Part shown: piece after piece, positions 10,001 through 25,000 of the stretch
How the letters are laid out: every line of letters starts with the position of its first letter
Position numbering within the stretch: the first letter of the stretch is position 1
Assembly: GCA_965203295.1 (NCBI GenBank)
Contig: CBDBCZ010000015.1
Location: 1,056,001-1,120,000, forward strand
DNA: 64,000 bases
Source: Nitrospirales bacterium
GTDB taxonomy: Bacteria > Nitrospirota > Nitrospiria > Nitrospirales > UBA8639
Direction: 5' to 3'
Notes under the pieces: generated by a model
The model's input: only the letters and a program-made list of their open reading frames with translations
Told to the model about the DNA's origin: nothing
The model's database searches: none
Position numbers and translations under genes: made by a program

Positions 10001-13000
10001 TAACTGTTTAGAAAAAGAACTGGTTATTCAAAGGCCTGTTTAGTTTGTTGATGTTAGCCTGAAGATTAAGAAAGAAGAATTTTATTGAAAATTGTTAGTT
10101 TTGTTGGTCTCTAGCAAAGACTTTAAGCCAAAGTTACTAGCTACCATTGATCTGACCCTTCCGAACTATTTAGCAATGAGCTGGTTATTCAAAGGCTTGT
10201 TTGTTTGAATGATATTAGTCAGATACAATACATGCTTAGGAAGTATCAATGTTCAAGAAAGGAACTGGTTATTCAAAGCTTGTTTAGTTTGGTTGATGTT
10301 AGTCTGAAGATTAGGAAAGAAGGATTTTATTGAAAATTGTTAGTTTTTTTGTCTCTAGCAAAGACTTTAAGCCAAAGTAACTTGCTACCATTTATCTGAC
10401 CCTTCCCAACTGTTTAGAAAAGAGCTGTTTATTCAAAGGCCTGTTTAGTTTTGCTGATGTTAGCCTGAAGATTAGGAAAGAAGTATTTTATAGAAAATCG
10501 TTAGTTTTGTTAGTCTCTAGCAAAGACTTTGAGCCTAAGTAACTAACTACCATTGATCTGACCCTTCCCAACTGTTTAGGAAAAGAACTGGTTATTTAAA
10601 GGCTTGTTTAGTTTAAATGATGTTAGTCGGATACAATACATGCTTAGGAAGTATCGATGTTCAAGAAAGGAACTGGTTATTCAAAGGCTTGTTTAGTTTG
10701 GTTGATGTTAGTCTGAAGATTTGAAAAGAAGGATTTTATTGAAAATTGTTAGTTTTGTTGGCCTCTAGCAAAGACTTTAAGCAAAGTAACTAGCTACCAT
10801 TGAGCTGATCCTTCCCAACTGTTTAGGAAAAGAACTTGTTATTCAAAGGCTTGTTTAGTTTTAATGAAGTTAGTCTAATGATTAGGAAAGAAGGATTTTA
10901 TTGAAAATTGTTAGTTTTGTTGGTCTCTAGCAAAGACTTTAAGCCAAAGTAACTATCTACCATTTATCAGACCCTTCCGAACTGTTTAGAAAAAGAACTA
11001 GTTATTCAAAGGCCTGTTTAGTTTTTTTTTATTTTAGCCTTAAGATTAGGAAAGAAGGATTTTATTGAAAATGGTTAGTTTTGTTGGTCTCTAGCAAAGA
11101 CTTTAAGCCAAAGTTACTAGCTACCATTGATCTGACCCTTCCGAACTATTTTGAAAATGAGCTGGTTATTCAAAGGCTTGTCCTGTTTTAATGATATTAG
11201 TCAGATACAATACATGGTTAGGAAGTATCAATGTTCAAGAAAGGAACTGGTTATTCAAAGCTTGTTTAGTTTGGTTGATGTTAGTCTGAAGATTAGGAAA
11301 GAAGGATTTTATTGAAAATTGTTAGTTTTTTTGTCTCTAGCATAGACTTTAAGCCAAAGTAACTTGCTACCATTTATCTGACCCTTCCTAACTGTTTAGA
11401 AAAAGAAATGGTTATTCAAAGGCCTGTTTAGTTTTGTTGATGTTAGTCTGAAGATTAGGAAAGAAGGATTTTATTTAAAATTGTTAGTTTTTTCGTCTCT
11501 AGCAAAGACTTTAAGCCAAAGTAACTTGCTACCATTTATCTGACCCTTCCCAACTGTTTAGAAAAGAGCTGTTTATTCAAAGGCCTGTTTAGTTTTGCTG
11601 ATGTTAGCCTGAAGATTAGGAAAGAAGTATTTTATAGAAAATCGTTAGTTTTGTTAGTCTCTAGCAAAGACTTTGAGCCTAAGTAACTAACTACCATTGA
11701 TCTGACCCTTCCCAACTGTTTAGGAAAAGAACTGGTTATTCAAAGGCTTGTTTAGTTTAAATGATGTTAGTCGGATACAATACATGCTTAGGAAGTATCG
11801 ATGTTCAAGAAAGGAACTGGTTATTCAAAGGCTTGTTTAGTTTGGTTGATGTTAGTCTGAAGATTAGGAAAGAAGGATTTCATTGAAAATTGTTAGTTTT
11901 GTTGGCCTCTAGCAAAGACTTTAAGCCAAAGTAACTAGCTACCATTGAGCTGATCCTTCCCAACTGTTTAGGAAAAGAACTTGTTATTCAAAGGCTGGTT
12001 TAGTTTTAATGAAGTTAGTCTAATGATTAGGAAAGAAGGATTTTATTGAAAATTGTTAGTTTTGTTGGTCTCTAGCAAAGACTTTAAGCCAAAGTAACTA
12101 TCTACCATTTATCAGACCCTTCCGAACTGTTTAGAAAAAGAACTGGTTATTCAAAGGCCTTTTTAGTTTTTTTTTATTTTAGCCTTAAGATTAGGAAAGA
12201 AGGATTTTATTGAAAATTGTTAGTTTTGTTGGTCTCTAGCAAAGACATTAAGCCAAAGTTACTAGCTACCATTGATCTGACCCTTCCGAACTATTTTGAA
12301 AATGAGCTGGTTATTCAAAGGCTTGTCCTGTTTTAAATGATATTAGTCAGATACAATACATGCTTAGGAAGTATCAATGTTCAAGAAAGGAACTGGTTAT
12401 TCAAAGCTTGTTTAGTTTGGTTGATGTTAGTCTGAAGATTAGGAAAGAAGGATTTTATTGAAAATTGTTAGTTTTTTTGTCTCTAGCATAGACTTTAAGC
12501 CAAAGTAACTTGCTACCAACTATCTGACCCTTCCTAACTGTTTAGAAAAAGAACTGGTTATTCAAAGGCCTGTTTAGTTTTGTTGATGTTAGTCTGAAGA
12601 TTAGGAAAGAAGGATTTTATTTAAAATTGTTAGTTTTTTCGTCTCTAGCAAAGACTTTAAGCCAAAGTAACTTGCTACCATTTATCTGACCCTTCCCAAC
12701 TGTTTAGAAAAAGAGCTGTTTATTCAAAGGCCTGTTTAGTTTTGCTGATGTTAGCCTGAAGATTAGGAAAGAAGTATTTTATAGAAAATCGTTAGTTTTG
12801 TTAGTCTCTAGCAAAGACTTTGAGCCTAAGTAACTAACTACCATTGATCTTACCCCTTCCCAACTGTTTTGGAAAAGAACTGGTTATTCAAAGGCTTGTT
12901 TAGTTTAAATGATGTTAGTCGGATACAACACATGCTTAGGAAGTATCGATGTTCAAGAAAGGAACTGGTTATTCAAAGGCTTGTTTAGTTAGGTTGATGT

Positions 13001-16000
13001 TAGTCTGAAGATTAGGAAAGAAGGATTTTATTGAAAATTGTTAGTTTTGTTGGTCTCTAGCAAAGACTTTAAGCCAAAGTAACTATCTACCATTTATCAG
13101 ACCCTTCCGAACTGTTTAGAAAAAGAACTGGTTATTCAAAGGCCTGTTTAGTTTTTTTTTATTTTAGCCTTAAGATTAGGAGAGAAGGATTTTATTGAAA
13201 ATTGTTAGTTTTGTTGGTCTCTAGCAAAGACTTTTAGCCAAAGTCACTAGCTACCATTTATCTGACCCTTCCCAACTGTTTAGAAAAAGAGCTGGTTAAT
13301 CAAAGGCTAGTTTAGTTTGAATGATGTTAGTCAAATACAATAATCCTTAGGAAGTATCGATGTTCAAGAAAGGAACTGGTTATTCAAAGGCTTGTTTAGT
13401 TTGCCTGATGTTAGTCTGCAGATTAGAAAAGAAGTATTTTATAGAAAATCGTTAGTTTTGTTGGTCTCTAGCAAAGACTTAGAGCCAAAGTAACTAGCTA
13501 CCATTGATCTGACCCTTCCCAACTGTTTAGGAAAAGAACTGGTTATTCAAAGGCTTGTTTAGTTTAAATGATGTTAGTCGTATACAATACAGGCTTAGGA
13601 AATATTGATGTTCAAGAAAGGAACTTGTTATTCAAAGGCTTGTTTAGTTTGGTTGATGTTAGTCTGAAGATTAGGAAGGAAGGATTTTATTTAAAATTGT
13701 TAGTTTTGTTGATCTCAGGCAAAGACTTTCAGCCAAAGTAACTAGCTACCATAGATCTGACCCTTCCCAACTGTTTAGGGAAAGAATCTGTTATTCAAAG
13801 GCTTGTTTAGTTTGAATGATGTTAGTTAGATACAATACATGCCTAGGAAGTATCGTTGTTCAAGAAAGGAACTGGTTATTCAAAGGCTAGTTTAGTTTGA
13901 ATGATGTTAGTCAAATACAATATATCCTTAGGAAGTATCGATGTTCAAGAAAGGAACTGGTTATTCAAAGGCTTGTTTAATTTTGTTGTTGTTAGTCTGC
14001 ATATTAGGAAAGAAGTATTTTATAGAAAATCGTTAGTTTTGTTGGTCTAGCTACCATTGATCTGACCCTTCCCTACATTTTAGGAAAAGAACTGGTTATT
14101 GAAAGGCTTGATTAGTTTTAATGATGTTAGTCGGATACAATACGTGTTTAGGAAGTGTCGATGTTCAAGAAAGGAACTGGTTATTCAAAGGGTTGTTTAG
14201 TTTGGTTGATGTTAGTCTGAAGATTAGGAAAGAAGGATTTTATTGAAAATTGTTAGTTTTTTTTGTCTCTAGCATAGACTTTAAGCCAAAGTTACTAGCT
14301 ACCATTGATCTGACCCTTCCGAACTATTTAGAAAATGAGCTGGTTATTCAAAGGCTTTTCTTGTTTTAATGATATTAGTCAGATACAATACATGCCTAGG
14401 AAGTATCGATGTTCAAGAAAGGAACTGGTTATTCAAAGGCTTGTTTAGTTTGGTTGATGTTAGTCTGAAGATTAGGAAAGAAGGATTTTATTGAAAATTG
14501 TTAGTTTTGTTGGCCTCTAGCAAAGACTTTAAGCCAAAGTATCTAGCTACCATTGATCTGACCCTTCCCAACTGTTTAGGAAAAGAACTTGTTATTCAAA
14601 GGCTTGTTTAGTTTTAATGAAGTTAGTCTGTTGATTAGGAAAGAAGGATTTTATTGAAAATTGTTAGTTTTGTTGGTTTCTAGCAAAGACTTTAAGCCAA
14701 AGTAACTATCTACCATTTATCAGACCCTTCCGAAGTGTTTAGAAAAAGAACTGGTTATTCAAAGGCCTGTTTAGTTTTTTTTTATTTTAGCCTTAAGATT
14801 AGGAAAGAAGGATTTTATTGAAAATTGTTAGTTTTGTTGGTCTCTAGCAAAGACTTTAAGCCAAAGTTACTAGCTACCATTGATCTGACCCTTCCGAACT
14901 ATTTTGAAAATGAGCTGGTTATTCAAAGGCTTGTCCTGTTTTAATGATATTAGTCAAATACAATACATGCTTAGGAAGTATCAATGTTCAAGAAAGGAAC
15001 TGGTTATTCAAAGCTTGTTTAGTTTGGTTGATGTTAGTCTGAAGATTAGGAAAGAAGGATTTTATTGAAAATTGTTAGTTTTTTTGTCTCTAGCATAGAC
15101 TTTAAGCCAAAGTAACTTGCTACCATTTATCTGACCCTTCCTAACTGTTTATAAAAAGAACTGGTTATTCAAAGGCCTGTTTAGTTTTGTTGATGTTAGT
15201 CTGAAGATTAGGAAAGAAGGATTTTATTTAAAATTGTTAGTTTTTTCGTCTCTAGCAAAGACTTTAAGCCAAAGTAACTTGCTACCATTTATCTGACCCT
15301 TCCCAACTGTTTAGAAAAAGAGCTGTTTATTCAAAGGCTGGTTTAGTTTTGCTGAGGTTAGCCTGAAGATTAGGAAAGAAGTATTTTATAGAAAATCGTT
15401 AGTTTTGTTAGTCTCTAGCAAAGACTTTGAGCCTAAGTAACTAACTACCATTGATCTGACCCTTCCCAACTGTTTAGGAAAAGAACTGGTTATTCAAAGG
15501 CTTGTTTAGTTTAGTCTCTAGCAAAGACTTTTAGCCAAAGTCACTAGCTACCATTTATCTGACCCTTCCCAACTGTTTAGAAAAAGAGCTGGTTAATCAA
15601 AGGCTAGTTTAGTTTGAATGATGTTAGTCAAATACAATAATCCTTAGGAAGTATCGATGTTCAAGAAAGGAACTGGTTATTCAAAGGCTTGTTTAGTTTG
15701 CCTGATGTTAGTCTGCAGATTAGAAAAGAAGTATTTTATAGAAAATCGTTAGTTTTGTTGGTCTCTAGCAAAGACTTTGAGCCAAAGTAACTAGCTACCA
15801 TTGATCTGACCCTTCCCAACTGTTTAGGAAAAGAACTGGTTATTCAAAGGCTTGTTTAGTTTAAATGATGTTAGTCGTATACAATACAGGCTTAGGAAAT
15901 ATTGATGTTCAAGAAAGGAACTTGTTATTCAAAGGCTTGTTTAGTTTGGTTGATGTTAGTCTTAAGATTAGGAAAGAAGGATTTTATTTAAAATTGTTAG

Positions 16001-19000
16001 TTTTGTTGATCTCAGGCAAAGACTTTCAGCCAAAGTAATTAGCTACCATTGATCTGACCCTTCCCAACTGTTTAGGGAAAGAATCTGTTATTCAAAGGCT
16101 TGTTTAGTTTGAATGATGTTAGTTAGATACAATACATGCCTAGGAAGTATCGTTGTTCAAGAAAGGAACTGGTTATTCAAAGGCTAGTTTAGTTTGAATG
16201 ATTTTAGTCAAATACAATATATCCTTAGGAAGTATCGATGTTCAAGAAAGGAACTGGTTATTCAAAGGCTTGTTTTATTTTGTCGTTGTTAGTCTGCATA
16301 TTAGGAAAGAAGTTTTTTATAGAAAATCGTTAGTTTTGTTGGTCTAGCTACCATTGATCTGACCCTTCCCTACATTTTAGGAAAAGAACTGGTTATTGAA
16401 AGGCTTGATTAGTTTTAATGATGTTAGTCGGATACAATACGTGTTTAGGAAGTGTCGATGTTCAAGAAAGTAACTGGTTATTCAAAGGGTTGTTTAGTTT
16501 GGTTGATGTTAGTCTGAAGATTAGGAAAGAAGGATTTTATTGAAAATTGTTAGTTTTGTTGGTCTCTAGCAAAGACTTTAAGCCAAAGTAACTAGCTACC
16601 ATTTATCTGACCCTTCCCAACTTTTTAGAAAAAGAACTGGTTATTCAAAGGCTTGTTTAGTTTGAATGATGTTAGTCTGAAGATTAGGAAAGAAGGATTT
16701 TATTGAAAATTGTTAGTTTTGTTGGTCTCTAGCAAAGACTTTAAGCCAAAGTAACTAGCTACCATTTTTCTCACCCTTCCTAACTGTTTAGAAAAGAACT
16801 GGTTATTTAAAGGCCTGTTTAGTTTTGTTGATGTTAGCCTGAAGATTAGGAAAGAAGGATTTTATTGATAATTGTTAGTTTTGTAGGTCTCTTGCAAAGA
16901 CTTTCAGCCAAAGTAACTAGCTACCATTGATCTGACCCTTCCCAACTGTTTAGGAAAAGAACTGGTTATTCAAAGGCTTGTTTAGTTTGAATGATATTAG
17001 TCTGAAGATTAGGAAAGAAGAATTTTATTGAAAATCTTTAGTTTTGTTGAGAAGTATTTTATAGAAAATCGTTAGTTTTGTTGGTCTAGCTACCATTGAT
17101 CTGACCCTTCCCTACATTTTAGGAAAAGAACTGGTTATTGAAAGGCTTGATTAGTTTTAATGATGTTAGTCGGATACAATACGTGTTTAGGAAGTGTCGA
17201 TGTTCAAGAAAGGAACTGGTTATTCAAAGGGTTGTTTAGTTTGGTTGATGTTAGTCTGAAGATTAGGAAAGAAGGATTTTATTGAAAATTGTTAGTTTTG
17301 TTTGTCTCAGGCAAAGACTTTAAGCCAAAGTAACTAGCTACCATTGATCTGACCCTTCCCAACTGGTTAGGAAACGAACTGGTTATTCAAAGGCTAGTTT
17401 AGTTTGAATGATGTTAGTCAAATACAATACATCCTTAGGAAGTATCGATGTTCAAGAAAGGAACTGGTTATTCAAAGGCTTGTTTAATTAGGTTGATGTT
17501 AGTCTGCAGATTAGGAAAGAATGATTTTTTTGAAAATTGTTTGTTTTGTTGGTCTCTAGCAAAGACTTTAAGCCAAAGTCACTAGCTACCATTGATCTGA
17601 CCCTTCCTAGAAAAAGAGCTGGTTATTCAAAGGCTAGTTTAGTTTGAATGATGTTAGTCAAATACAATAATCCTAAGGAAGTATCGATGTTCAAGAAAGG
17701 AACTGGTTATTCAAAGGCTTGTTTAGTTTGATTGATGTTAGTCTGTAAATTAGGAAAGATGTATTTTATAGAAAATCGTTAGTTTTGTTAGTCTCTAGCA
17801 AAGACTTTGAGCCAAAGTAACTAGCTACCATTGATCTGACCCTTCCCAACTGTTTTGGAAAAGAACTGGTTATTCAAAGGCCTGTTTAGTTTAAATGATG
17901 TTAGTCTGAAGATTAGGAAAGAACGATTTTAATGAAAATTGTTAGTTTTGTTGGTCTCAGGCAAAGACTTTATGCCAAAGTAACTGGCTACCATTTATCT
18001 GACCCTTCCAAACTGTTTAGAAAAAGAACTGGTTATTCAAAGGCCTGTTTAGTTTCGTTGATTTTAGCCTGAAGATTAAAAAAGAAGGATTTTATTGATA
18101 ATTGTTAGTTTTGTAGGTCTCTTGCAAAGACTTTAAGCCAAAGTAACTGGCTACCATTGATCTGATTCTTCCCAACTATTTAGAAAAAGAGCTGGTTATT
18201 CAAAGGCTTGTTTTGTTTGAATGATATTAGTCAGATACAATACATGCTTAGGAATTATCAATGTTCAAGAAAGGAACTGGTTATTCAAAGGCTTGTTTAG
18301 TTTGAATGAAGTTAGTCTGAAGATTAGGAAAGAAGGATTTTATTGAAAATTGTTAGTTTTGTTGGTCTCTTGCAAAGACTTTAAGCCAAAGTAACTGACT
18401 ACTATTAATCTGATCCTTCCCAACTATTTAGAAAAAGAGCTGGTTATTCAAAAGTTTGTTTTGTTTGAATGATATTTGTCAGATACAATACATGCTTAGG
18501 AAGTATCGATGTTCAAGAAAGGAACTGGTTTTTCAAAGGCCTGTTTAGTTTAAATGATGTTTGTCTGAAGATTAGGAAAGAACGATTTTAATGAAAATTG
18601 TTAGTTTTGTTGGTCTCAGGCAAAGACTTTATGCCAAAGTAACTGGCTACCATTTATCTGACCCTTCCAAACTGTTTAGAAAAAGAACTGGTTATTCAAA
18701 GGCCTGTTTAGTTTCGTTGATTTTAGCCTGAAAATTAGGAAAGAAGGATTTTATTGATAATTGTTAGTTTTGCAGGTCTCTTGCAAAGACTTTAAGCCAA
18801 AGTAACCGGCTACCATAGATCTGATCTTTCCCAACTATTTAGAAAAAGAGCTGGTTATTCAGAGGCTTGTTTTGTTTGAGTGATATTAGTCAGATACAAT
18901 ACATGCTTAGGAATTATCAATGTTCAAGAAAGGAACTGGTTATTCAAAGGCTTGTTTAGTTTGAATGATGTTAGTCTGAAGATTAGAAAAGAAGAATTTT

Positions 19001-22000
19001 ATTGAAAATTGTTAGTTTTGTTGGTCTCTAGCAAAGACTTTAAGCCAAAGTAACTAGCTACCATTTATCTGACCCTTCCCAACTGTTTAGAAAAAGAACT
19101 GGTTATTCAAAGGCCTGTTTAGTTTATTTGACGTTAGCCTGAAGATTAGGAGAGAAGGATTTTATTGAAAATTGTTAGTTTTGTTTGTCTCTAGCAAAGA
19201 CTTTGAGCCAAAGTCACTAGCTACCATTGATCTGACCTCTCCCAACTATTTAGAAAAAGAGCTGGTTATTCAAAAGTTCGTTTTGTTTGAATGATATTAG
19301 TCAGATACAATACATGCTTAGGAAGTATCGATGTTCAAGAAAGGATCTGGTTATTCAAAGGCTTGTTTAGTTTGGTTGATGTTAGTCTGAAGATTAGGAA
19401 AGAAGGATTTTAATGAAAATTGTTTGTTTTGTTGGTCTCAGGCAAATAATTTCAGCCATAGTAACTGGCTACCATTGATCTGACCCTTCCCAACTGTTTA
19501 GGAAAAGAACTTGTTATTCAAAGGCTTGTTTAGTTTGAATGATGTTAGTCAGATACTATACATGCTTAGGAAGTATCGATGTTCAAAAAAGGAACTGGTT
19601 ATTCAAATGCTTATTTAGTTTGCTTGATGTTAGTCTGCAGATTAGGAAAGAAGTATTTTATATAAAATCGTTAGTTTTGTTGGTCTCTAGCAGAGACTTT
19701 GAGCCAAAGTAACTAGCTACCATTGATCTGACCCTTCCCAACTGGTTAGGAAACGAACTGGTTATTCAAAGGCTAGTTTAGCTTGAAATGTTAATCAAAT
19801 ACAATACATCCTTAGGGAGTATCGATGTTCAAGAAAGGAACTGGTTATTCAAAGGCTTGTTTAGTTTGGTTGATGTTTGTCTGCAGATTAGTAAAGAAGG
19901 ATTTTATTGAAAATTGTTAGTTTTGTTGGTCTCTAGCAAAGACTTTAAGCCAAAGTAACTAGCTACCATTGATTAGGAAAGAATGATTTTATTGAAAATT
20001 GTTAGCTTTGTTGGTCTCTAGCAAAGACTTTAAGCCAAAGTAACTTGCTATCATTGATCTAACCCTTCCTAACTGTTTAGGAAAAGAACTGGTTATTCAA
20101 AGGCCTGTTTAGTTTTGTTGATTTTAGCCTGAAGATTAAGAAAGAAGGATTTTATCGATAATTGTTAGTTTTGTTGGTCTCTTGCAGAGACTTTAAGCAA
20201 AAGTAACTGGCTACCATTTTTCTGACCCTTCCCAACTGTTTAGAAAAAGAACTGGTTATTCAAAGGCCTGTTTAGTTTTGTTGATTTTAGCCTGAAGATT
20301 AAGAAAGAAGGATTTTATCGATAATTGTTAGTTTTGTTGGTCTCTTGCAGAGACTTTAAGCAAAAGTAACTGGCTGCCATTTATCTGACCCTTCCAAACT
20401 GTTTAGAAAAAGAACTGGTTATTCAAAGGCCTGTTTAGTTTCGTTGATTTTAGCCTGAAGATTAGGAAAGAAGGATTTTATTGATAATTGTTAGTTTTGT
20501 AGGTCTCTTGCAGAGACTTTCAGCCAAAGTAACTAGCTACCATTGATCTGACACTTCCTAACTGTTTAGGAAAAGAACTGGTTATTCAAAGGCTTGTTTA
20601 GTTTGAATGATGTTAGTCTGAAGATTAAGAAAGAAGAATTTTATTGAAAATTGTTAGTTTTGTTGGTCTCTAGTAAAGACTTTAAGCCAAAGTAACTAGC
20701 TACCATTTATCTGACCCTTCCCAACTGTTTAGAAAAAGAACTGGTTATTCAAAGGCCTGTTTAGTTTATTTGATGTTAGTCTGAAGATTAGGAAAGAAGG
20801 ATTTTAATGAAAATTGTTTGTTTTGTTTGTCTCTAGCAAAGACTTTGGGCCAAAGTCACTAGCTACCATTGATCTGACCTCTCCCAACTATTTAGAAAAA
20901 GAGCTGGTTATTCAAAAGTTCGTTTTGTTTGAATGATATTAGTCAGATACAATACATGCTTAGGAAGTATCGATGTTCAAGAAAGGATCTGGTTATTCAA
21001 AGGCTTGTTTAGTTTGGTTGATGTTTGTCTGAAGATTAGGAAAGAAGGATTTTAATGAAAATTGTTTGTTTTGTTGGTCTCAGGCAAATACTTTCAGCCA
21101 TAGTAACTGGCTACCATTGATCTGACCCTTCCCAACTGTTTAGGAAAAGAACTTGTTATTCAAAGGCTTGTTTAGTTTGAATGATGTTTGTCAGATACAA
21201 TACATGCTTAGGAAGTATCGATGTTCAAGAAAGGAACTGGTTATTCAAATGCTTATTTAGTTTGCTTGATGTTAGTCTGCAGATTAGGAAAGAAGTATTT
21301 TATATAAAATCGTTAGTTTTGTTGGTCTCTAGCAAAGACTTTGAGCCAAAGTAACTAGCTACCATTGATCTGACCCTTCCCAACTGGTTAGGAAACGAAC
21401 TGGTTATTCAAAGGCTAGTTTAGTTTGAAATGTTAATCAAATACAATACATCCTTAGGAAGTATCGATGTTCAAGAAAGGAACTGGTTATTCAAAGGCTT
21501 GTTTAGTTTGGTTGATGTTTGTCTGCAGATTAGGAAAGAAGGATTTTATTGAAAATTGTTAGTTTTGTTGGTCTCTAGCAAAGACTTTAAGCCAAAGTAA
21601 CTAGCTACCATTGATTAGGAAAGAATGATTTTATTGAAAATTGTTAGCTTTGTTGGTCTCTAGCAAAGACTTTAAGCCAAAGTAACTAGCTACCGTTGAT
21701 CTGACCCTTCCCAACTGTTTAGGAAAAGAACTTGTTATTCAAAGGCTTGTTTAGTTTTAATGATGTTAGTCTTAAGATTAGGAAAGAAAGATTCAATTGA
21801 AAATTGTTAGTTTTATTGGTCTCTAGCAAAGACTTCATGCCAAAGTAACTAGCTACCATTTATCAGACCCTTCCGAACTGTTTAGAAAAAGAATTTGTTA
21901 TTCAAAGGCCTGTTTAGTTTTGTTGATGTTAGCCTGAATATTAGGAAAGAAGAATTTTATTGAAAATTGTTAGTTTTGTTGGTCTCTAGCAAAGACTTTA

Positions 22001-25000
22001 AGCCAAAGACACTAGCTACCATTGATCTGACCCTTCCCAACTGTTTAGAAAAAGAACTAGTTATTCAAAGGCCTGTTTAGTTTTTTTGACGTTAGCCTGA
22101 AGATTAGGAAAGAAGGATTTTATTGAAAATTGTTAGTTTTGTTGGTCTCTAGCAAAGACTTTGAGCCAAAGTCACTACCTACCATTGATCTGACCTCTCC
22201 CAACTGTTTAGAAAAAGAGCTCGTTATTCAAAGGCTTGTTTAGTTTGAATGATATTAGTCAGATACAATACATGCTTAGGAAGTATCGATGTTCAAGAAA
22301 GGAACTGGTTATTTAAAGGCCGGTTTAGTTTGGTTGATGTTAGTCTGAAGATTAGGAAAGAAGAATTTTACTCAAAAATTGTTAGTTTTGTTGGCCTCTA
22401 GCAAAGACTTTAAGCCAAAGTAACTAGCTACCATTGATCTGACCCTTCCCAACTGTTTAGGAAAAGAACTTGTTATGCAGAGTCTTGTTTAGTTTGAATG
22501 ATGTTAGTCTGAAGATTAGGAAAGAAGGATTTTATTAAAAATTGTTAGTTTATTTGGTCTCTAGCAGAGACTTTAAGCCAAAGTAACTAGCTACCATTTA
22601 TCAGACCCTTCCGAACTGTTTAGAAAAAGAACTGGTTATTCAAAGGCCTGTTTAGTTTTGTTGTTGTTAGCCTGAAGATTAGGAAAGAAGGATTTTATTG
22701 AAAATTGTTAGTTTTGTTTGTCTCTAGCAAAGACTTTAAACCAAAGTCACTAGCTACCATTGATCTGACCCTTCCCAACTGTTTAGAAAATGAGCTGGTT
22801 ATTCAAAGGCTAGTTTAGTTTGAATGATGTTAGTCAAATACAATAATCCTTAGGAAGTATCGATGTTCAAGAAAGGAACTGATTATTCAAAGGCTTGTTT
22901 AGTTTGCTTGATGTTAGTCTGCAGATTAGGAAAGAAGTATTTTATAGAAAATCATTAGTTTTGTTAGTCTCTAGCAAAGACTTTGAGCCAAAGTAACTAG
23001 CTACCATTGATCTGACCCTTCCCAACTGTTTAGGAAAAGAACTGGTTATTCAAAAGCTTATTTAGTTTGAATGATGTTAGTCATATACAATACACGCTTA
23101 GGAAGTATCGATGTTCAAGAAAGGAACTTGTTATTCAAAGGCTTGTTTAGTTTGGTTGATGTTAGTCTGAAGATTAGGAAAGAAGGATTTTATTTAAAAT
23201 TGTTAGTTTTGTTGATCTCAGGCAAAGACTTTCAGCCAAAGTAACTAGCTACCATTGATCTGACCCTTCCCAACTGTTTAGGAAAAGAATCTGTTATTCA
23301 AAGGCTTATTTAGTTTGAATGATGTTAGTCAGATACAATACATGCTTAAGAAGTATCGTTGTTCAAGAAAGGAACTGGTTATTCAAAGGCTAGTTTAGTT
23401 TTAATGATGTTAGTCAAATACAATATATCCTTAGGAAGTATCGATGTTCAAGAAAGGAACTGGTTATTCAAAGGCTTGTTTAATTTTGTTGATGTTAGTC
23501 TGCATATTAGGAAAGAAGTATTTTATAGAAAATCGTTAGTTTTGTTGGTCTAGCTACCATTGATCTGACCCTTCCCTACTGTTTAGGAAAAGAACTGGTT
23601 ATTGAAAGGCTTGATTTGTTTTAATGATGTTAGTCGGATACAATACGTGTTTAGGAAGTGTCAATGCTCAAGAAAGGAACTGGTTATTCAAAGGCTTGTT
23701 TAGTTTGGTTGATGTTAGTCTGAAGATTAGGAAAGAAGGATTTTATTGAAAATTGTTAGTTTTGTTGGTCTCTAGCAAAGACTTTAAGCCAAAGTAACTA
23801 GCTACCATTTATCTGACCCTTCCCAACTTTTTAGAAAAAGAACTGGTTATTCAAAGGCTTGTTTAGTTTGAATGATGTTAGTCTGAAGATTAGGAAAGAA
23901 GGATTTTATTGAAAATTGTTAGTTTAGTTGGTCTCTAGCAAAGACTTTAAGCCAAAGTAACTAGCTACCATTTTTCTGACCCTTCCTAACTGTTTAGAAA
24001 AGAACTGGTTATTGAAAGGCCTGTTTAGTTTTGTTGATGTTAGCCTGAAGATTAGGAAAGAAGGATTTTATTGATAATTGTTAGTTTTGTAGGTCTCTTG
24101 CAAAGACTTTCAGCCAAAGTAACTAGCTACCATTGATCTGACCCTTCCCAACTGTTTAGGAAAAGAACTGGTTATTCAAAGGCTTGTTTAGTTTGAATGA
24201 TGTTAGTCTGAAGATTAGGAAAGAAGAATTTTATTGAAAATCGTTAGTTTTGTTGGTCTCTAGCAAAGACTTTAAGCCAAAGTAACTAGCTACCATTGAT
24301 CTGACCCTTCCCAACGGTTTAGGAAAAGAACTGGTTATTCAAAGGCTTGTTTAGTTTAAATGATGTTAGTCGGATACAATACATGCTTAGGAAGTATCGA
24401 TGTTCAAGAAAGGAACTGGTTATTCAAAGGCTTGTTTAATTTTGTTGATGTTAGTCTGCAGATTAGGAAAGAAGTATTTTATAGAAAATCGTTAGATTTG
24501 TTGGTCTAGCTACCATTGATCTGACCCTTCCCTACATTTTAGGAAAAGAACTGGTTATTGAAAGGCTTGATTAGCTTAAATGATGTTAGTCGGATACAAT
24601 ACGTGTTTCGGAAGTGTCGATGTTCAAGAAAGGAACTGGTTATTCAAAGGCTTGTTTAGTTTGGTTGATGTTAGTCTGAAGATTAGGAAAGAAGGATTTT
24701 ATTGAAAATCGTTAGTTTTGTTGGTCTCTAGCAAAGACTTTAAGCCAAAGTAACTAGCTACCATTTATCTGACCCTTCCCAACTGTTTAGAAAAAGAACT
24801 GGTTATTCAAAGGCTTGTTTAGTTTGAATGATGTTAGTCTGAAGATTAAGAAAGAAGGATTTTATTGAAAATTGTTAGTTTTGTTGGTCTCTAGCAAAGA
24901 CTTTAAGCCAAAGTAACTAGCTACCATTTTTCTGACCCTTCTTAACTGTATAGAAAAGAACTGGTTATAGAAAGGCCTGTTTAGTTTTGTTGATGTTAGC